56,289 nucleotides of DNA, taken from Limisphaerales bacterium. Its GTDB lineage: Bacteria > Verrucomicrobiota > Verrucomicrobiia > Limisphaerales > SIBE01. A program made the position numbers and the translations under genes. Under the pieces are notes generated by a model. The model did no database searches and was not told where the DNA came from. It worked only from the letters and a program-made list of their open reading frames with translations. The stretch lies in the NCBI GenBank assembly GCA_044225505.1, contig JBGAIN010000035.1, positions 1 to 56,289 on the forward strand, given 5' to 3'. Shown piece by piece: positions 10,301 through 18,574 of this stretch. The stretch's first letter is position 1. Every line of letters begins with the position of its first letter.

Positions 10301-13300
10301 ACTCGGCAAGTGACGACGACTGCCTGGTTCGCTCTCGGTAGTGCGGGAGCGTGGGAAACTTCATAAATCGCTGGGCCGGCGTTCTCCAGACGTCGACTGT
10401 TCGGCGCCCCAGGCGTGCCAAGGTTCGTCGGCAGCGTCATATGGACCGGCATCTCGATGCCGCCGCCGCGGACACGCAGAAGCACCTCGGGCCAGCCCGC
10501 GAGCCAGCGGACCTTCGCGCGCAGGGTCGCGTTTTGCGAGGATGGGAGTGTCGCCAGCAAGTTAACGCGAATCGCATTGTTTCCCGTATCTCCATCGCCG
10601 AGACCGCGAACGTGCAAGCAGTTCTGTCCCGCAAAAGACCCAGCGGAATCGACAGTGCTGCCTCGATGATTTCCATAGAATGTCCAACCAGAAACACCGC
10701 TTTCGAATGAACCGTTTGACAGGAGATTCGTGCTGGCAGTGCCCAGAACTTCCACGTCATCGATCAGGCACTCGCCGGCGCCTAACATAATAATGTGCAG
10801 TCGATTGTTTGGGTAACCGGTGTTGGCCAAATCCAGGCGGCCAGTAAATTCATAGCTCTGCCAGGACGCTTTTTGAGTTTCATCGCTGGCCTTCCAGCTC
10901 GGGGCGGCCAGCAAGTCTGCACGAGGATCAATCAATTCCAGGCTCGATCCACCGCCATCCGCAAGTTCAGGCCAGCGTCCACCGTCGCGATACGCCATTT
11001 CGCTGATGGAGATATGAATTCGATTCGTCTCCAATGCACCGCTTTGGTTTGTGGAAACAATGGTATCGGGTTTCGTCAGCACAACCCGATCGCTTGCCCG
11101 GCTTAGTTTGCCGGAGAAGTTGCCGTAGGTATTGCCAGCATTGAGCTGCGGATAGCGATCGCGTAACCGCGTGGCGTCCTTCGCGACCACAGCGTAGCCA
11201 TTGGGCGCCAGAACCGTTCCGGATGGAAACTGGAAACCAATCCCGGAGGTTAATCTCCAGCCGGAAAGATCGATTCCCACACCGGAAGTGTTGTAAAGTT
11301 CGACATACTGATCATCCTCCAGACCGGTAATTGGATGGTACATGACCTCGTTGATCACAACGTCTTCAATGCGTCGTGCTGCGTTCGCGCGCCCGGGACT
11401 TGGAGACTGGAGACGTCGAACACCAGGCGCTCCGTCCGGCGCCCGACCTGAACTAACGCTGTTTTCCTGGCCGCCGAACCGGATCACGTCGATCACACGG
11501 CTTTGGTCTGCGGCTAACAAATAGAGCGTTTCTCCTTTTGCACTGAGCGCAAACCCAAGTTGATTTTGATCGAAGGCAATAAACCCGCCTGGAGGAAGCG
11601 TCGTTCCGTTTGGAATCCGGAACCGATTAGTTGAGGGGTCGTCGCTCAGAAAGCAGCCACCCAGATCGACCACGGTTCGACTTGAATTGTAAAGCTCCAC
11701 GAAATCCAAGACGGGATCGTCCGTGTGCGCCAAAATCTCGTTGATCAACACTCCCTGCCACGGGTTGAGAGCGATCGCATCGACTTCGCCTGGAGATCCC
11801 CCGCGCTGCTCACTGGCGCTCCAGGCGCGCGGGTCATTCTCTCCAAAACTGGGGCGAGCAAGAACGAGTGAGTGTCCGTGTCCGTCCGCCGCCACTGGCC
11901 ACGGCGCGTCGGGGCTATAAGTCACTTCCAGGCAGAGCGCCCCTGCACGATTCAACAGCCGCAACGTGTCGCCGGCGCTGTCGAGTCGACCGGTAAACGG
12001 ACCGAGAACGGATTCGGTCCCATAAACCGATTGAAGATCCGCTGGGACAGCTGCCACGACGGCGAATTGCCCGGCTTGCAGCTTAAAACCGTCGGGAAAC
12101 GTATAATCGATCCCTCCAGTTAAGCGCCATCCAGTCAGGTCCACAAAGACGCTTTCCGCGTTATAGAGTTCGATGAATTCTAGATTCCTCGAGTCGGATC
12201 TGGTTGCCGGGTGATACATGATCTCGGAAAAAACAAGCCCAGTTCGGCGACTCGAGGGTCCCATCCGCTCGCGTCCCGATGGGTAAGTGAAGCTCGTTGG
12301 TGCGACCGTTGGGCCTAAATCGCGAAATTGGGCGACCGATGAAGTCTTCGCGTCATGCCCCGCCAGCGTCATCCCGAAGAAGAGTGTCTGGGGCAACGTT
12401 AGACTGGCGGTTCCCAACTCTTGCCAAGCACTCCCGTCAAAGCTGGCAAAACCTGTGAACTGATTTCCGCTCCGGCGCAAACGCAGCCACATTCGTGGAT
12501 AGTTGACGGGAAATCCGCCCACCGGACCAATGATTTTGCCCTTGGAACTGGCGGTTGAGCGCGACTCCACAAAACAACCCACTTGAGCTGACGAAGCAAA
12601 CACTCCGAGAAACCGCGCTGACGCGTCCAGATTCTCGCGCGCCATCAGGCCGGCCTGCACGAACGGGTCGGAGATTCCCAACGTGGCGAGACGCACGCGC
12701 ATATCGAAATCGCCCGTTCGTTGTTGGTAAGCAAAGTGACATTGGTCGGTCGTGTCTCCTAAATCTTCGCTGGTGGTGGCGAGGTTAAAGCCTCCGGCGA
12801 CGGTGGTCGTGGTCCCGCCCTGGACGCCTATGTCCCACGGAACATACTCCACTGCCACAAAGGTCCGAGCTGTCCCAGGGCTGATCCCGTTGGACGAAGC
12901 GGCTTGGTCACGCAGGTTAGAGATGGTCACGGTGTAGCTGTTACCGAAGACCATCGAACTCGTGCTCAAAATGACCGATCGACCGTCCGCAGTCCCGCTC
13001 GCCCCGGTTATTTGAATCCCGCCTGAAATCTTGTAGTTGCCTGGATTGACTAACGAGGAGAGTTCCATGGGCTCGTCAAAGGCAACACTCACGGTGAATG
13101 CGCTCAGGTTCCGAACCACAGCGACAGTCGGTGCCGTTACGTCTGGCGTGACGGCCAAGGTTGCGTCTTCGGAAACGGTGGTGCCCAGCCGATTGCTCAG
13201 CACTGCACGAAACCGAGAATTCTGATCGGACATTCGAACTGGGCCGTAAACCAAGGGATTCGTCGAAGCGCCAGCGATATCGATTCCGTTACGCTGCCAC

Positions 13301-14082
13301 TGCACGTTGGCCGGGCTCAGAGGATCAGCTTGAACGTCGAAAGTGGCGGCACCGCCCTCCACCACGGACGTGCTTTGGGGCTGGCGCTGAATCGACGGGA
13401 CGGCGAACGCGGTTCCCCAAGGTAGGAGATAAGTCGCTGGGATCGGCGCTTCATCCACTCCGTCGGGGCGAAGCCAGCGTACCGCAAGGTTATCCCCACC
13501 ACCGCCTTCTTTTTGCAGTGCCGAGACGTAATAAGCGCGCCCGCTTTCCAGTCGAATCGGAGCAGATTGTTGATTTGCTTCGCGGGTCCATTCGCGAGAG
13601 CTGGTCCAGCCGCTGACGTAAGCAATCTGACGCTGGTTCGCTGGCGTTTCATCGGTACTGAGCCAAAGTTCCCCCCCGTCGTCCGTGGCGATCCAAAATG
13701 TGTAGTTCCCCGTGACTGGGGGTAAGATATACCCGTGCATCCGTTGCCCGTAATCCTCGAGGACGTCTGTCGGCGCCTCGAAGTAGTCGCTGACGAGGTT
13801 CGTGGACGAGGGAGCGTTTGGAAACCGCGGATCGCTCGTGAGCTGGGAAACCGCGGTGCCAGAGACACCTTCCCACACTTCGCGCAGGATTGAGCCCGCA
13901 CGCAAAGTGTTCATCGCGAACAGCGTAAAGCAGCAGACGAGGAGCGCCCAACCTAAACGAACGCAGCGTTGCAGCTTGATTCCGGCCTTGGGCCCTGGCG
14001 ACACCATTCGCCCCTTCGACAAAGAGCGATGTTCGGATTTCGAGACCCTGTCCAGAAGCGTCCGCGCCGGTTGGTAAACCAT
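4363..14082 (-). CDS. giant secreted multidomain protein: PA14, Ig-like, 8 lamin-tail (LTD) domains, CotH kinase-like domain, 4 cadherin-like repeats, Verrucomicrobia-type C-terminal domain
   Basis: Signal peptide ending TLRA (true start may be downstream of 14082); PA14 (YTFWIATDDGGELWLS..KEGGGGD); INE(I/V)MYHP-type LTD starts x8; DDGTGGDAQAGDGVYSA; CotH-like NWDSW..NMYLY..LLPWDID; NxPP.L..DPD repeats x4; terminal YALQVTSDLSHPEW..RYFRL. Confidence 0.9.
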   Translation of the reverse strand: MVYQPARTLLDRVSKSEHRSLSKGRMVSPGPKAGIKLQRCVRLGWALLVCCFTLFAMNTLRAGSILREVWEGVSGTAVSQLTSDPRFPNAPSSTNLVSDYFEAPTDVLEDYGQRMHGYILPPVTGNYTFWIATDDGGELWLSTDETPANQRQIAYVSGWTSSREWTREANQQSAPIRLESGRAYYVSALQKEGGGGDNLAVRWLRPDGVDEAPIPATYLLPWGTAFAVPSIQRQPQSTSVVEGGAATFDVQADPLSPANVQWQRNGIDIAGASTNPLVYGPVRMSDQNSRFRAVLSNRLGTTVSEDATLAVTPDVTAPTVAVVRNLSAFTVSVAFDEPMELSSLVNPGNYKISGGIQITGASGTADGRSVILSTSSMVFGNSYTVTISNLRDQAASSNGISPGTARTFVAVEYVPWDIGVQGGTTTTVAGGFNLATTSEDLGDTTDQCHFAYQQRTGDFDMRVRLATLGISDPFVQAGLMARENLDASARFLGVFASSAQVGCFVESRSTASSKGKIIGPVGGFPVNYPRMWLRLRRSGNQFTGFASFDGSAWQELGTASLTLPQTLFFGMTLAGHDAKTSSVAQFRDLGPTVAPTSFTYPSGRERMGPSSRRTGLVFSEIMYHPATRSDSRNLEFIELYNAESVFVDLTGWRLTGGIDYTFPDGFKLQAGQFAVVAAVPADLQSVYGTESVLGPFTGRLDSAGDTLRLLNRAGALCLEVTYSPDAPWPVAADGHGHSLVLARPSFGENDPRAWSASEQRGGSPGEVDAIALNPWQGVLINEILAHTDDPVLDFVELYNSSRTVVDLGGCFLSDDPSTNRFRIPNGTTLPPGGFIAFDQNQLGFALSAKGETLYLLAADQSRVIDVIRFGGQENSVSSGRAPDGAPGVRRLQSPSPGRANAARRIEDVVINEVMYHPITGLEDDQYVELYNTSGVGIDLSGWRLTSGIGFQFPSGTVLAPNGYAVVAKDATRLRDRYPQLNAGNTYGNFSGKLSRASDRVVLTKPDTIVSTNQSGALETNRIHISISEMAYRDGGRWPELADGGGSSLELIDPRADLLAAPSWKASDETQKASWQSYEFTGRLDLANTGYPNNRLHIIMLGAGECLIDDVEVLGTASTNLLSNGSFESGVSGWTFYGNHRGSTVDSAGSFAGQNCLHVRGLGDGDTGNNAIRVNLLATLPSSQNATLRAKVRWLAGWPEVLLRVRGGGIEMPVHMTLPTNLGTPGAPNSRRLENAGPAIYEVSHAPALPRANQAVVVTCRVADPDGVASPRLRYRVDPAATLTTGAMRDDGTGGDAQAGDGVYSATISGRSSGTLVAFRIEANDDSASAPMSVFPAEAPSRECLIRWDDPIPMGSFAHYHMWNTAAIDQARNSSRPLDNTYRDCTLVYGDSRIVYNAGFRDKGSPYHGGSGDFAVAVPTDDLVLGAQDRVFGSTGNGGNEATQMKGDVSGWIGQQLDIPFLHSHYLRLYRNGGLFREVLYDLEQPNSDYAHAWFGGGDPGDQLYKIAVWFEFADDNSNFQSTGATLERFLSSGVLKPARYRWNWQLRPSGTTATDLQPIFNLVTAANNVADRVTGLMNVADMEEWMRVFAYNRILGNWDSWTFSVGQNMYLYAPLGGRATLLPWDIDFVLGDGNGPSDPLWGGQDPVVNQLYNVPAYRRMLWRAYQDAVNGPLRAENYAPQVEARRRALLNNGVSSNPNSIRTYIEARRNYLQTQLKTADAAAFSLSTNGGTEYSTNNPVASLTGLAPFAVVSIDVNGSPYPVTWISATAWRMDVPLGAAVNRLELIGRDRHGRAVPGATASITVRYTGAAIELADWVVINEIMYHPPEKNGEFIELFNRHPNASFDLSGLELHGADFQFPSGVVIPPGGFLLVVKDRSVFTLTYGAQLPVVGEFNGNLNNGGETIRLVKPASEVAPERVIDDVRYDSSPPWPALADGLGASLQLSDPTQDNWRVGNWSALASSDPNRATPGRANGGLTSIDPFPSLWINEVLPDNRTINVDAQGEHAPWIELFNAGLTPIDLTGFYLSSDPNNLRQWAVPQGTVLSAGSFLLVWADGQTANSAPGELHASFRLNSTNGVLTLSRNQAGAAVVMDFVRYTTGSSDRATGSVPDGEPRKRKVLLIPTPGGPNNPNSPAIPVSINEWVASNRSGLVDPVDGAFDDWFELFNAGANTVDLSGFFLTDALTNSTKFKIPPGTTIPANSYRVFWADNESAQNGVQDTVHTNFRLSADGGQIGLASPDGVLLDSVTFPVQTPDISQGRVPDGGAPPFAFFSNPTPGLPNAGQSGNRPPTLSPIGDKTIEQGQTLQITALASDPDVPAQALTFDLTAAPAGATIDSQSGQLTWTPASSIPPGSYWLTVRVTDNGVPPRAAAATFQVLLRQINVAPKLAPVPNAVIDESVPFTFRVSGSDANLPPQKLTYSLGIGSPEGVTIDAATGEFTWVPSEAQGPGVYTISLRVTDDGQPPLSTEQSVTLTVMETNNAPTLVPIAAQNVDEGSALSLQVEARDPDNPPVRLSFSLENSPAGARINSDTGVFQWTPAERDGPRDYNITVRATEAGGGPSSTMTFLVGVREVNLPPVLTPIPRLILRPGDSLVWTNQATDADFPPQGLTFSAVTGLPPGANLNPSTGILSWTLGDDPVAGTNRIVIRVTDDAVPPLSSEQVAELVVQAPPRVAINEVMHRPAVANAQFVELVNLSRSNPVDLSGWRMEGYNFLFPSGILLEPRGYLCVARDVSAFQTAYGKSARVVGNAVIVLPADGGSIKLLQPGVASGESPWTIDDVHFRLSAPWPESAITAGASLQRIDAQQDPRPVANWDAAKGNVTNSPVAVVPLEATWRSWQAAGSPGTAWNSAAYDDTAWPSGSALFYVETAAIPGTKNTPLTLGSTTYYFRTRFNFVGDPKGALLRLTTILDDGAIFYLNGQEIYRLGMPTGAVDQSTFAARTVGDAAQEGPQEVPALGLRSGENVIAVEVHQVNAGSSDIVFGAAVDLISIGASSFTPGALNSVAAELPPFPSLWINEILPGNGSGLPDNFQDREPWVELYHDGSAPLRLDDWSLSDDYAALGRWPFPAGTVIAPHSYLLIWMDGEVTESTASSLHANFRLAPTSGRLALARLQSGGRRLVDYVEYAQISLDQSWGALPDGDPLHRQILDAPSPGHANSTGQGGNSGVTIRVQNGTEIGIVMATKPGLRYALQVTSDLSHPEWRAVQEFTGDGSPKLLSEALDKIQTQRYFRLITL

Positions 14083-14412
14083 AAGGTCGCTTCACAACAG
14101 CAATTTTAATGCACAGCTGCAATCCTCAAATCCGGGAAGATCGAGGCCTTTCCCGGAATCCCGATCGTCTCGGACCTGGCCTGGACGACCGGCCCGCAGT
14201 AATCTCACAACCTGTTCCGAACTAACGCTTAGTGAGAGTGTCCACAAATTGCGGACACCCCGAGAGTCCTCGAAATCCAATCGGTTACGAATAATGAATC
14301 CCGGAACGTATGACGACCGGTCTTCTGTCCTTCTTCTCTACCTGGAAATGCCGAGTGCCAGACTCTAACCCATGCGAGGAGGCGCCCAAAGAAACGGGTC
14401 TGTTGTGAAGTG

Positions 14413-14979
14413 CTATTTCCCAACTTCCCGGTAACGGAAGCACTCTACGGTGTGGTCGTTAACCATTCCCACCGCCTGCATGAACGCATAGCAAATGGTT
14501 GATCCCACAAACTTGAACCCACGCCGAAGGAGGTCTTTGCTCAGAGCGTCGGATTCGGAGGTTCGTGCTGGCAAGGTCGAGGAGTCGCGGTGCGCGTTTA
14601 CCCTGGGTTCCCCGCGGACAAACTGCCATACATACTTGTCAAAGCTGCCGAACTCCCTCTGGATGGCCAGGAAAGCCTTCGCGTTTTGCACGGCGGAAGC
14701 GATCTTGAGCCGATTGCGCACGATGCCTGGATCCGCCAAGAGCGCGAGCTTCTTCTCTTCGTCATACTGGGCGACCTTCTCGACTTGGAATCCGTCGAAA
14801 GCGCGGCGATACGACTCTCTCTTTTTCAGGATAGTTTCCCAACTGAGCCCCGCTTGCGCTCCTTCAAGAATTAGAAACTCAAAGAGAGTTCGATCGTCGT
14901 GCACGGGAACCCCCCATTCCTTATCGTGGTATGGGACACTCCACTCGGACTGAGCCCAGGGGCATCGGACGCGTTGCAT
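14413..14979 (-). CDS. tag: DNA-3-methyladenine glycosylase I
   Basis: RCPW..YHDKEWG, LEGAQAGLSWETIL, IVRNRLKI, GFKFVGSTICYAFMQAVGMVNDH..C. Confidence 0.97.
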   Translation of the reverse strand: MQRVRCPWAQSEWSVPYHDKEWGVPVHDDRTLFEFLILEGAQAGLSWETILKKRESYRRAFDGFQVEKVAQYDEEKKLALLADPGIVRNRLKIASAVQNAKAFLAIQREFGSFDKYVWQFVRGEPRVNAHRDSSTLPARTSESDALSKDLLRRGFKFVGSTICYAFMQAVGMVNDHTVECFRYREVGK

Positions 14980-15181
14980 CATTGAATCTGTTCCGCGCAG
15001 AATCGGTCCGATCCCGACCTTGGGTCAAGTCTGGTGTGCCTTTTTGGTTAGCTTGGAAGGAGCTTGAGTTCGGAATTACAGATCGGCTAAGGTGCCGTAA
15101 AGCTCAGAGAGAGAAGTTCCCGGACGAAGGTTTACACGTCAGTATGCCTTGAACCGTTCGCTGGAGTGGTGTTGTCAGGCA

Positions 15182-18100
15182 ATGTCTTACTCGAACAAAT
15201 CTCGCAACTGGAGGGCAACGATTCTAGGGCTGACGATCTACCTCCTCCGCGTCATCGGGATGCGCGCTGAGGGAACTGCAGACCTTGAGTTCTTCGAAAA
15301 GCGTGTCCGCCCGATCCTTGTGGATCGATGCTATCGATGTCACAGCAGCCAGGCGGAGAAACTCAAGGGCGGGCTGGCTTTGGATCAGCGCACCGCTCTC
15401 TTGAAAGGCGGCGATAGCGGTCCCGTGTTGGTGCCAGGACAGCCCGATCGGAGTCGACTGATTGAAGCAATCCGTTACACCAATCCAGACCTGCAAATGC
15501 CTCCGAAAGGCCGCCTTTCGGACGAGCAAATCGGGGATCTGGAGAAATGGGTCGCTCTTGGAGCACCCTGGCCGGAACAGAAGGATGCGGCGCCGACACT
15601 AACCCAGCCAGCGCCGTTTGATTTGGAGGCTCGCCGACAGAAGCACTGGGCATGGAAGCCCATTCGGTCTCCCGCATTGCCAAAAGTCGCCGATTCTCAC
15701 TGGGGCACTCACCCAGTCGATCGATTTATTGGTGCTGGTCTGGAAGCACGCGGACTCAAGCATGCTCCCCCGGCCGAGCCGACGACGCTGCGACGGCGCC
15801 TTTCTTTTGATATTCTTGGCCTGCCGCCACTCCCGAACAACGCCATGGAATGGAAAGGGCCGGTAACCGACGAGAGCTATTCGCACGTTGTGGAACAGCT
15901 CCTCGCATCGCCGCAGTTTGGCGAACGATGGGCCAGGCACTGGCTCGATTTGGTCCGTTACTCTGAGACGTTAGGCCACGAATTTGACTACAATAATCCC
16001 AACGCCTGGCGGTACCGGGATTATGTCATTCGGGCGCTCAACGCCGATGTGCCCTATGATTTATTCGTGCGCGAGCACGTGGCGGGCGATTTGCTAAACC
16101 CACCGCGCCGGAACCCTGAGACTGGGAGTAATGAGTCCATCATTGGTCCGGCATTTTACTGGCTAGGCCAACGCGAGCATTCTCCGGTCGATGTGCGGCA
16201 GCATCAAGCGGAACTGATCGATAACCAGATTGATGTTCTCTCCAAGGCGTTTTTAGGTTTAACGGTCGCCTGCGCCCGATGTCACGATCACAAGTTTGAT
16301 GCGATCCCCACCCAGGACTACTACTCGTTCTATTCGATCCTAAGCAGCTCGCGATATACGCAAGCGGCGGTCACACCGCAAGCGGAGCAGTCACGAACTA
16401 TCCCTGAGCTCCAGTCTCTCCATGCCCAGCTACGCCGGCGTCTCGCCGACGTCTGGAAGAGTCAGGCCAGCCAAACCGCCGCCTATTTAATGGCTGTCGA
16501 AACGCTGTATCGAACTGCTTCTCCCGATCGGGCGCTGGACTCACTGCCGGACCTCGCCGAAACCTTGAACCTGGACGAAGCCAAGCTGCGCCAATGGCTA
16601 ACCGCGACTCAGGACGCCGAGTTCGAAAACCGTGAGACTCCTCTCGCGGCGTGGAGTCAGCGGCTTCGCCGACGCTCTGGAGACGGCCTGGCGGAAAACC
16701 ATCGTCGCACGGACACTCGACAATCCGTCGGCGCGGCGCCTGCCAGCACCAATGCCTTTCTCTTCGCGGATTTTACGCGTGACACCCCGCTCGACAGGGC
16801 CTGGATGCGCGAAGGCGAAGCGTTCCCGAGTCAACCCACCGCCCCTGGCGCCCTCGTCGTCAGCGAGGCGGGTCGCGAACCGCTCCGCCTTCAAGCGATC
16901 CCGTCATTGCATAGCGGATCGATCTCCAGGCGATTGCAGGGATATTTAAGATCACCAACGTTTTCCATTGCTCACCGCTACGTGCATATCCTGGCCGCTG
17001 GCCGCGACGCCCGAATCAATATCCCCGTTGATAACTTCACCATGATCCGCGACCCCATCTACGGTGGGCTCAAGCGGGTCGTGCACTCGGACCATTTTCA
17101 GTGGGTGACGATTGATCTCGAGATGTGGATGGGGCACAAGGCCTACCTTGAGTTCAGTGACGTGCCCGTGCCCGATCCCGCGGATGATCAGCGGCGCAAC
17201 GGATTTGGAACTTCCGGGTATTTAGCAGTGCAACAAGTGGTTTTTTCCGATCAAGCGGTGGCTCCGCGCAGGGAGAGTATCTGCCTGGCGGATATCGGAG
17301 GTTTGGAGAACGCCACGTCGACGTTGGAGTTGGCAGATTGCTATCAGCGGGCGGTGCTTGACGCCGTCCGCCATTGGTCGGAAGCCATCCCGGGGCGCCT
17401 TTCATGCGTGGAAGCTTCACTCTTGGATTGGCTCACTCAGCATCACCTTCTGGATCTGGAAGACGATGCCGTGGTCTCGCAGCTTCTGGCGGACTATCGT
17501 CAACTAGAACGCTCTCTCATCGATCCAATCCGCGTTCCATCCATGGCTGACGGAACAGGGCTGGATGAACCTGTTTTTGTTCGAGGGAATCACCGCCTGG
17601 CCGGGCCTGTCGCGCCCCGTCGCTTCCTCCAAGCTCTGGCCGGGTCTTCCCAGGCGCCTATTGCCCAGGGCAGCGGACGCTTGGAACTCGCTCAGCGGAT
17701 GCTGGACCCGGAGAATCCATTCGTCGCGCGTGTGATCGTCAACCGAGTGTGGTTGCACCTGTTCGGACGCGGATTGGTTCCCACTCCCGATGACTTTGGC
17801 GAACTGGGACAGCCGCCGACGCACCCCGAACTGCTCGATTGGCTCGCCCAATGGTTTCGCACGGAGGGCGGATGGTCCATTAAACGACTGATTCAGTTGC
17901 TCGTCAGCTCGAACACTTACCGCATGTCGAGCCATCCCTCCGACCTCGCTGCGGAGCAACTCGACCCCGAGAACCTTCTGTGGCATCGCATGCCCTTGCG
18001 GCGTTTGGAAGGCGAAGCGATTCGCGATGCCATGCTGGCCGTCGCCGGAGATCTAAGCCTCGAGTCTTTCGGCCCTCCCGTCCCCATTCATCTCACGGAG

Positions 18101-18565
18101 TTTATGGACGGTCGGGGTCGCCCCGGCGCGAGTGGCCCACTGGACGGTTCTGGACGGCGCAGCATCTATATTGAGGTGCGACGCAACTTTATCTCCCCGA
18201 TGATGCGGGCGTTCGATATGCCCGTTCCATTCACGTGCATTGGGCGGCGCACGGTGTCCAACGTGCCTGCGCAATCCCTCATTTTGATGAACGACCCGTT
18301 TGTCATTCGCGAAGCGAAGCAATGGGCAAAGCGCCTCCTCGCACACGCGCAGCTCTCGGATGTGGAACGTGTGCAGTCGCTCTACAAAACCGCTTTCGCT
18401 CGTACCGCCTCCGAGCCGGAAATAATCTCTGCGCTCTCGTTTATTAAAGAACAAAAGGCTGCCTACGAAATGGCAGGACGGACCGAGACGTCGGGTGAGC
18501 TCGCGGTCTGGGCAGACCTTTGCCACGTGCTCTTCAATGTGAAAGAGTTTGTTTTCCTTAACTGA
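15182..18565 (+). CDS. planctomycete cytochrome C / DUF1549 / DUF1553 (PSD1) domain protein
   Basis: FFEKRVRPIL..CYRCH; HPVDRFI; GERWARHWLDLVRY; CARCHDHKFD; NRVWLHLFGRG; PTHPELLDWLA; RRLEGEAIRD; PAQSLILMN; C-terminal EFVFLN. Confidence 0.93.
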   Translation: MSYSNKSRNWRATILGLTIYLLRVIGMRAEGTADLEFFEKRVRPILVDRCYRCHSSQAEKLKGGLALDQRTALLKGGDSGPVLVPGQPDRSRLIEAIRYTNPDLQMPPKGRLSDEQIGDLEKWVALGAPWPEQKDAAPTLTQPAPFDLEARRQKHWAWKPIRSPALPKVADSHWGTHPVDRFIGAGLEARGLKHAPPAEPTTLRRRLSFDILGLPPLPNNAMEWKGPVTDESYSHVVEQLLASPQFGERWARHWLDLVRYSETLGHEFDYNNPNAWRYRDYVIRALNADVPYDLFVREHVAGDLLNPPRRNPETGSNESIIGPAFYWLGQREHSPVDVRQHQAELIDNQIDVLSKAFLGLTVACARCHDHKFDAIPTQDYYSFYSILSSSRYTQAAVTPQAEQSRTIPELQSLHAQLRRRLADVWKSQASQTAAYLMAVETLYRTASPDRALDSLPDLAETLNLDEAKLRQWLTATQDAEFENRETPLAAWSQRLRRRSGDGLAENHRRTDTRQSVGAAPASTNAFLFADFTRDTPLDRAWMREGEAFPSQPTAPGALVVSEAGREPLRLQAIPSLHSGSISRRLQGYLRSPTFSIAHRYVHILAAGRDARINIPVDNFTMIRDPIYGGLKRVVHSDHFQWVTIDLEMWMGHKAYLEFSDVPVPDPADDQRRNGFGTSGYLAVQQVVFSDQAVAPRRESICLADIGGLENATSTLELADCYQRAVLDAVRHWSEAIPGRLSCVEASLLDWLTQHHLLDLEDDAVVSQLLADYRQLERSLIDPIRVPSMADGTGLDEPVFVRGNHRLAGPVAPRRFLQALAGSSQAPIAQGSGRLELAQRMLDPENPFVARVIVNRVWLHLFGRGLVPTPDDFGELGQPPTHPELLDWLAQWFRTEGGWSIKRLIQLLVSSNTYRMSSHPSDLAAEQLDPENLLWHRMPLRRLEGEAIRDAMLAVAGDLSLESFGPPVPIHLTEFMDGRGRPGASGPLDGSGRRSIYIEVRRNFISPMMRAFDMPVPFTCIGRRTVSNVPAQSLILMNDPFVIREAKQWAKRLLAHAQLSDVERVQSLYKTAFARTASEPEIISALSFIKEQKAAYEMAGRTETSGELAVWADLCHVLFNVKEFVFLN

Positions 18566-18574
18566 CCATTTCCC

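Noticed and set aside
14345..14361. sigma54 promoter for the giant exoprotein (TGGCAC on the minus strand)
   Set aside because: No GC at the -12 position (TGGCACTCGGCATTTC)
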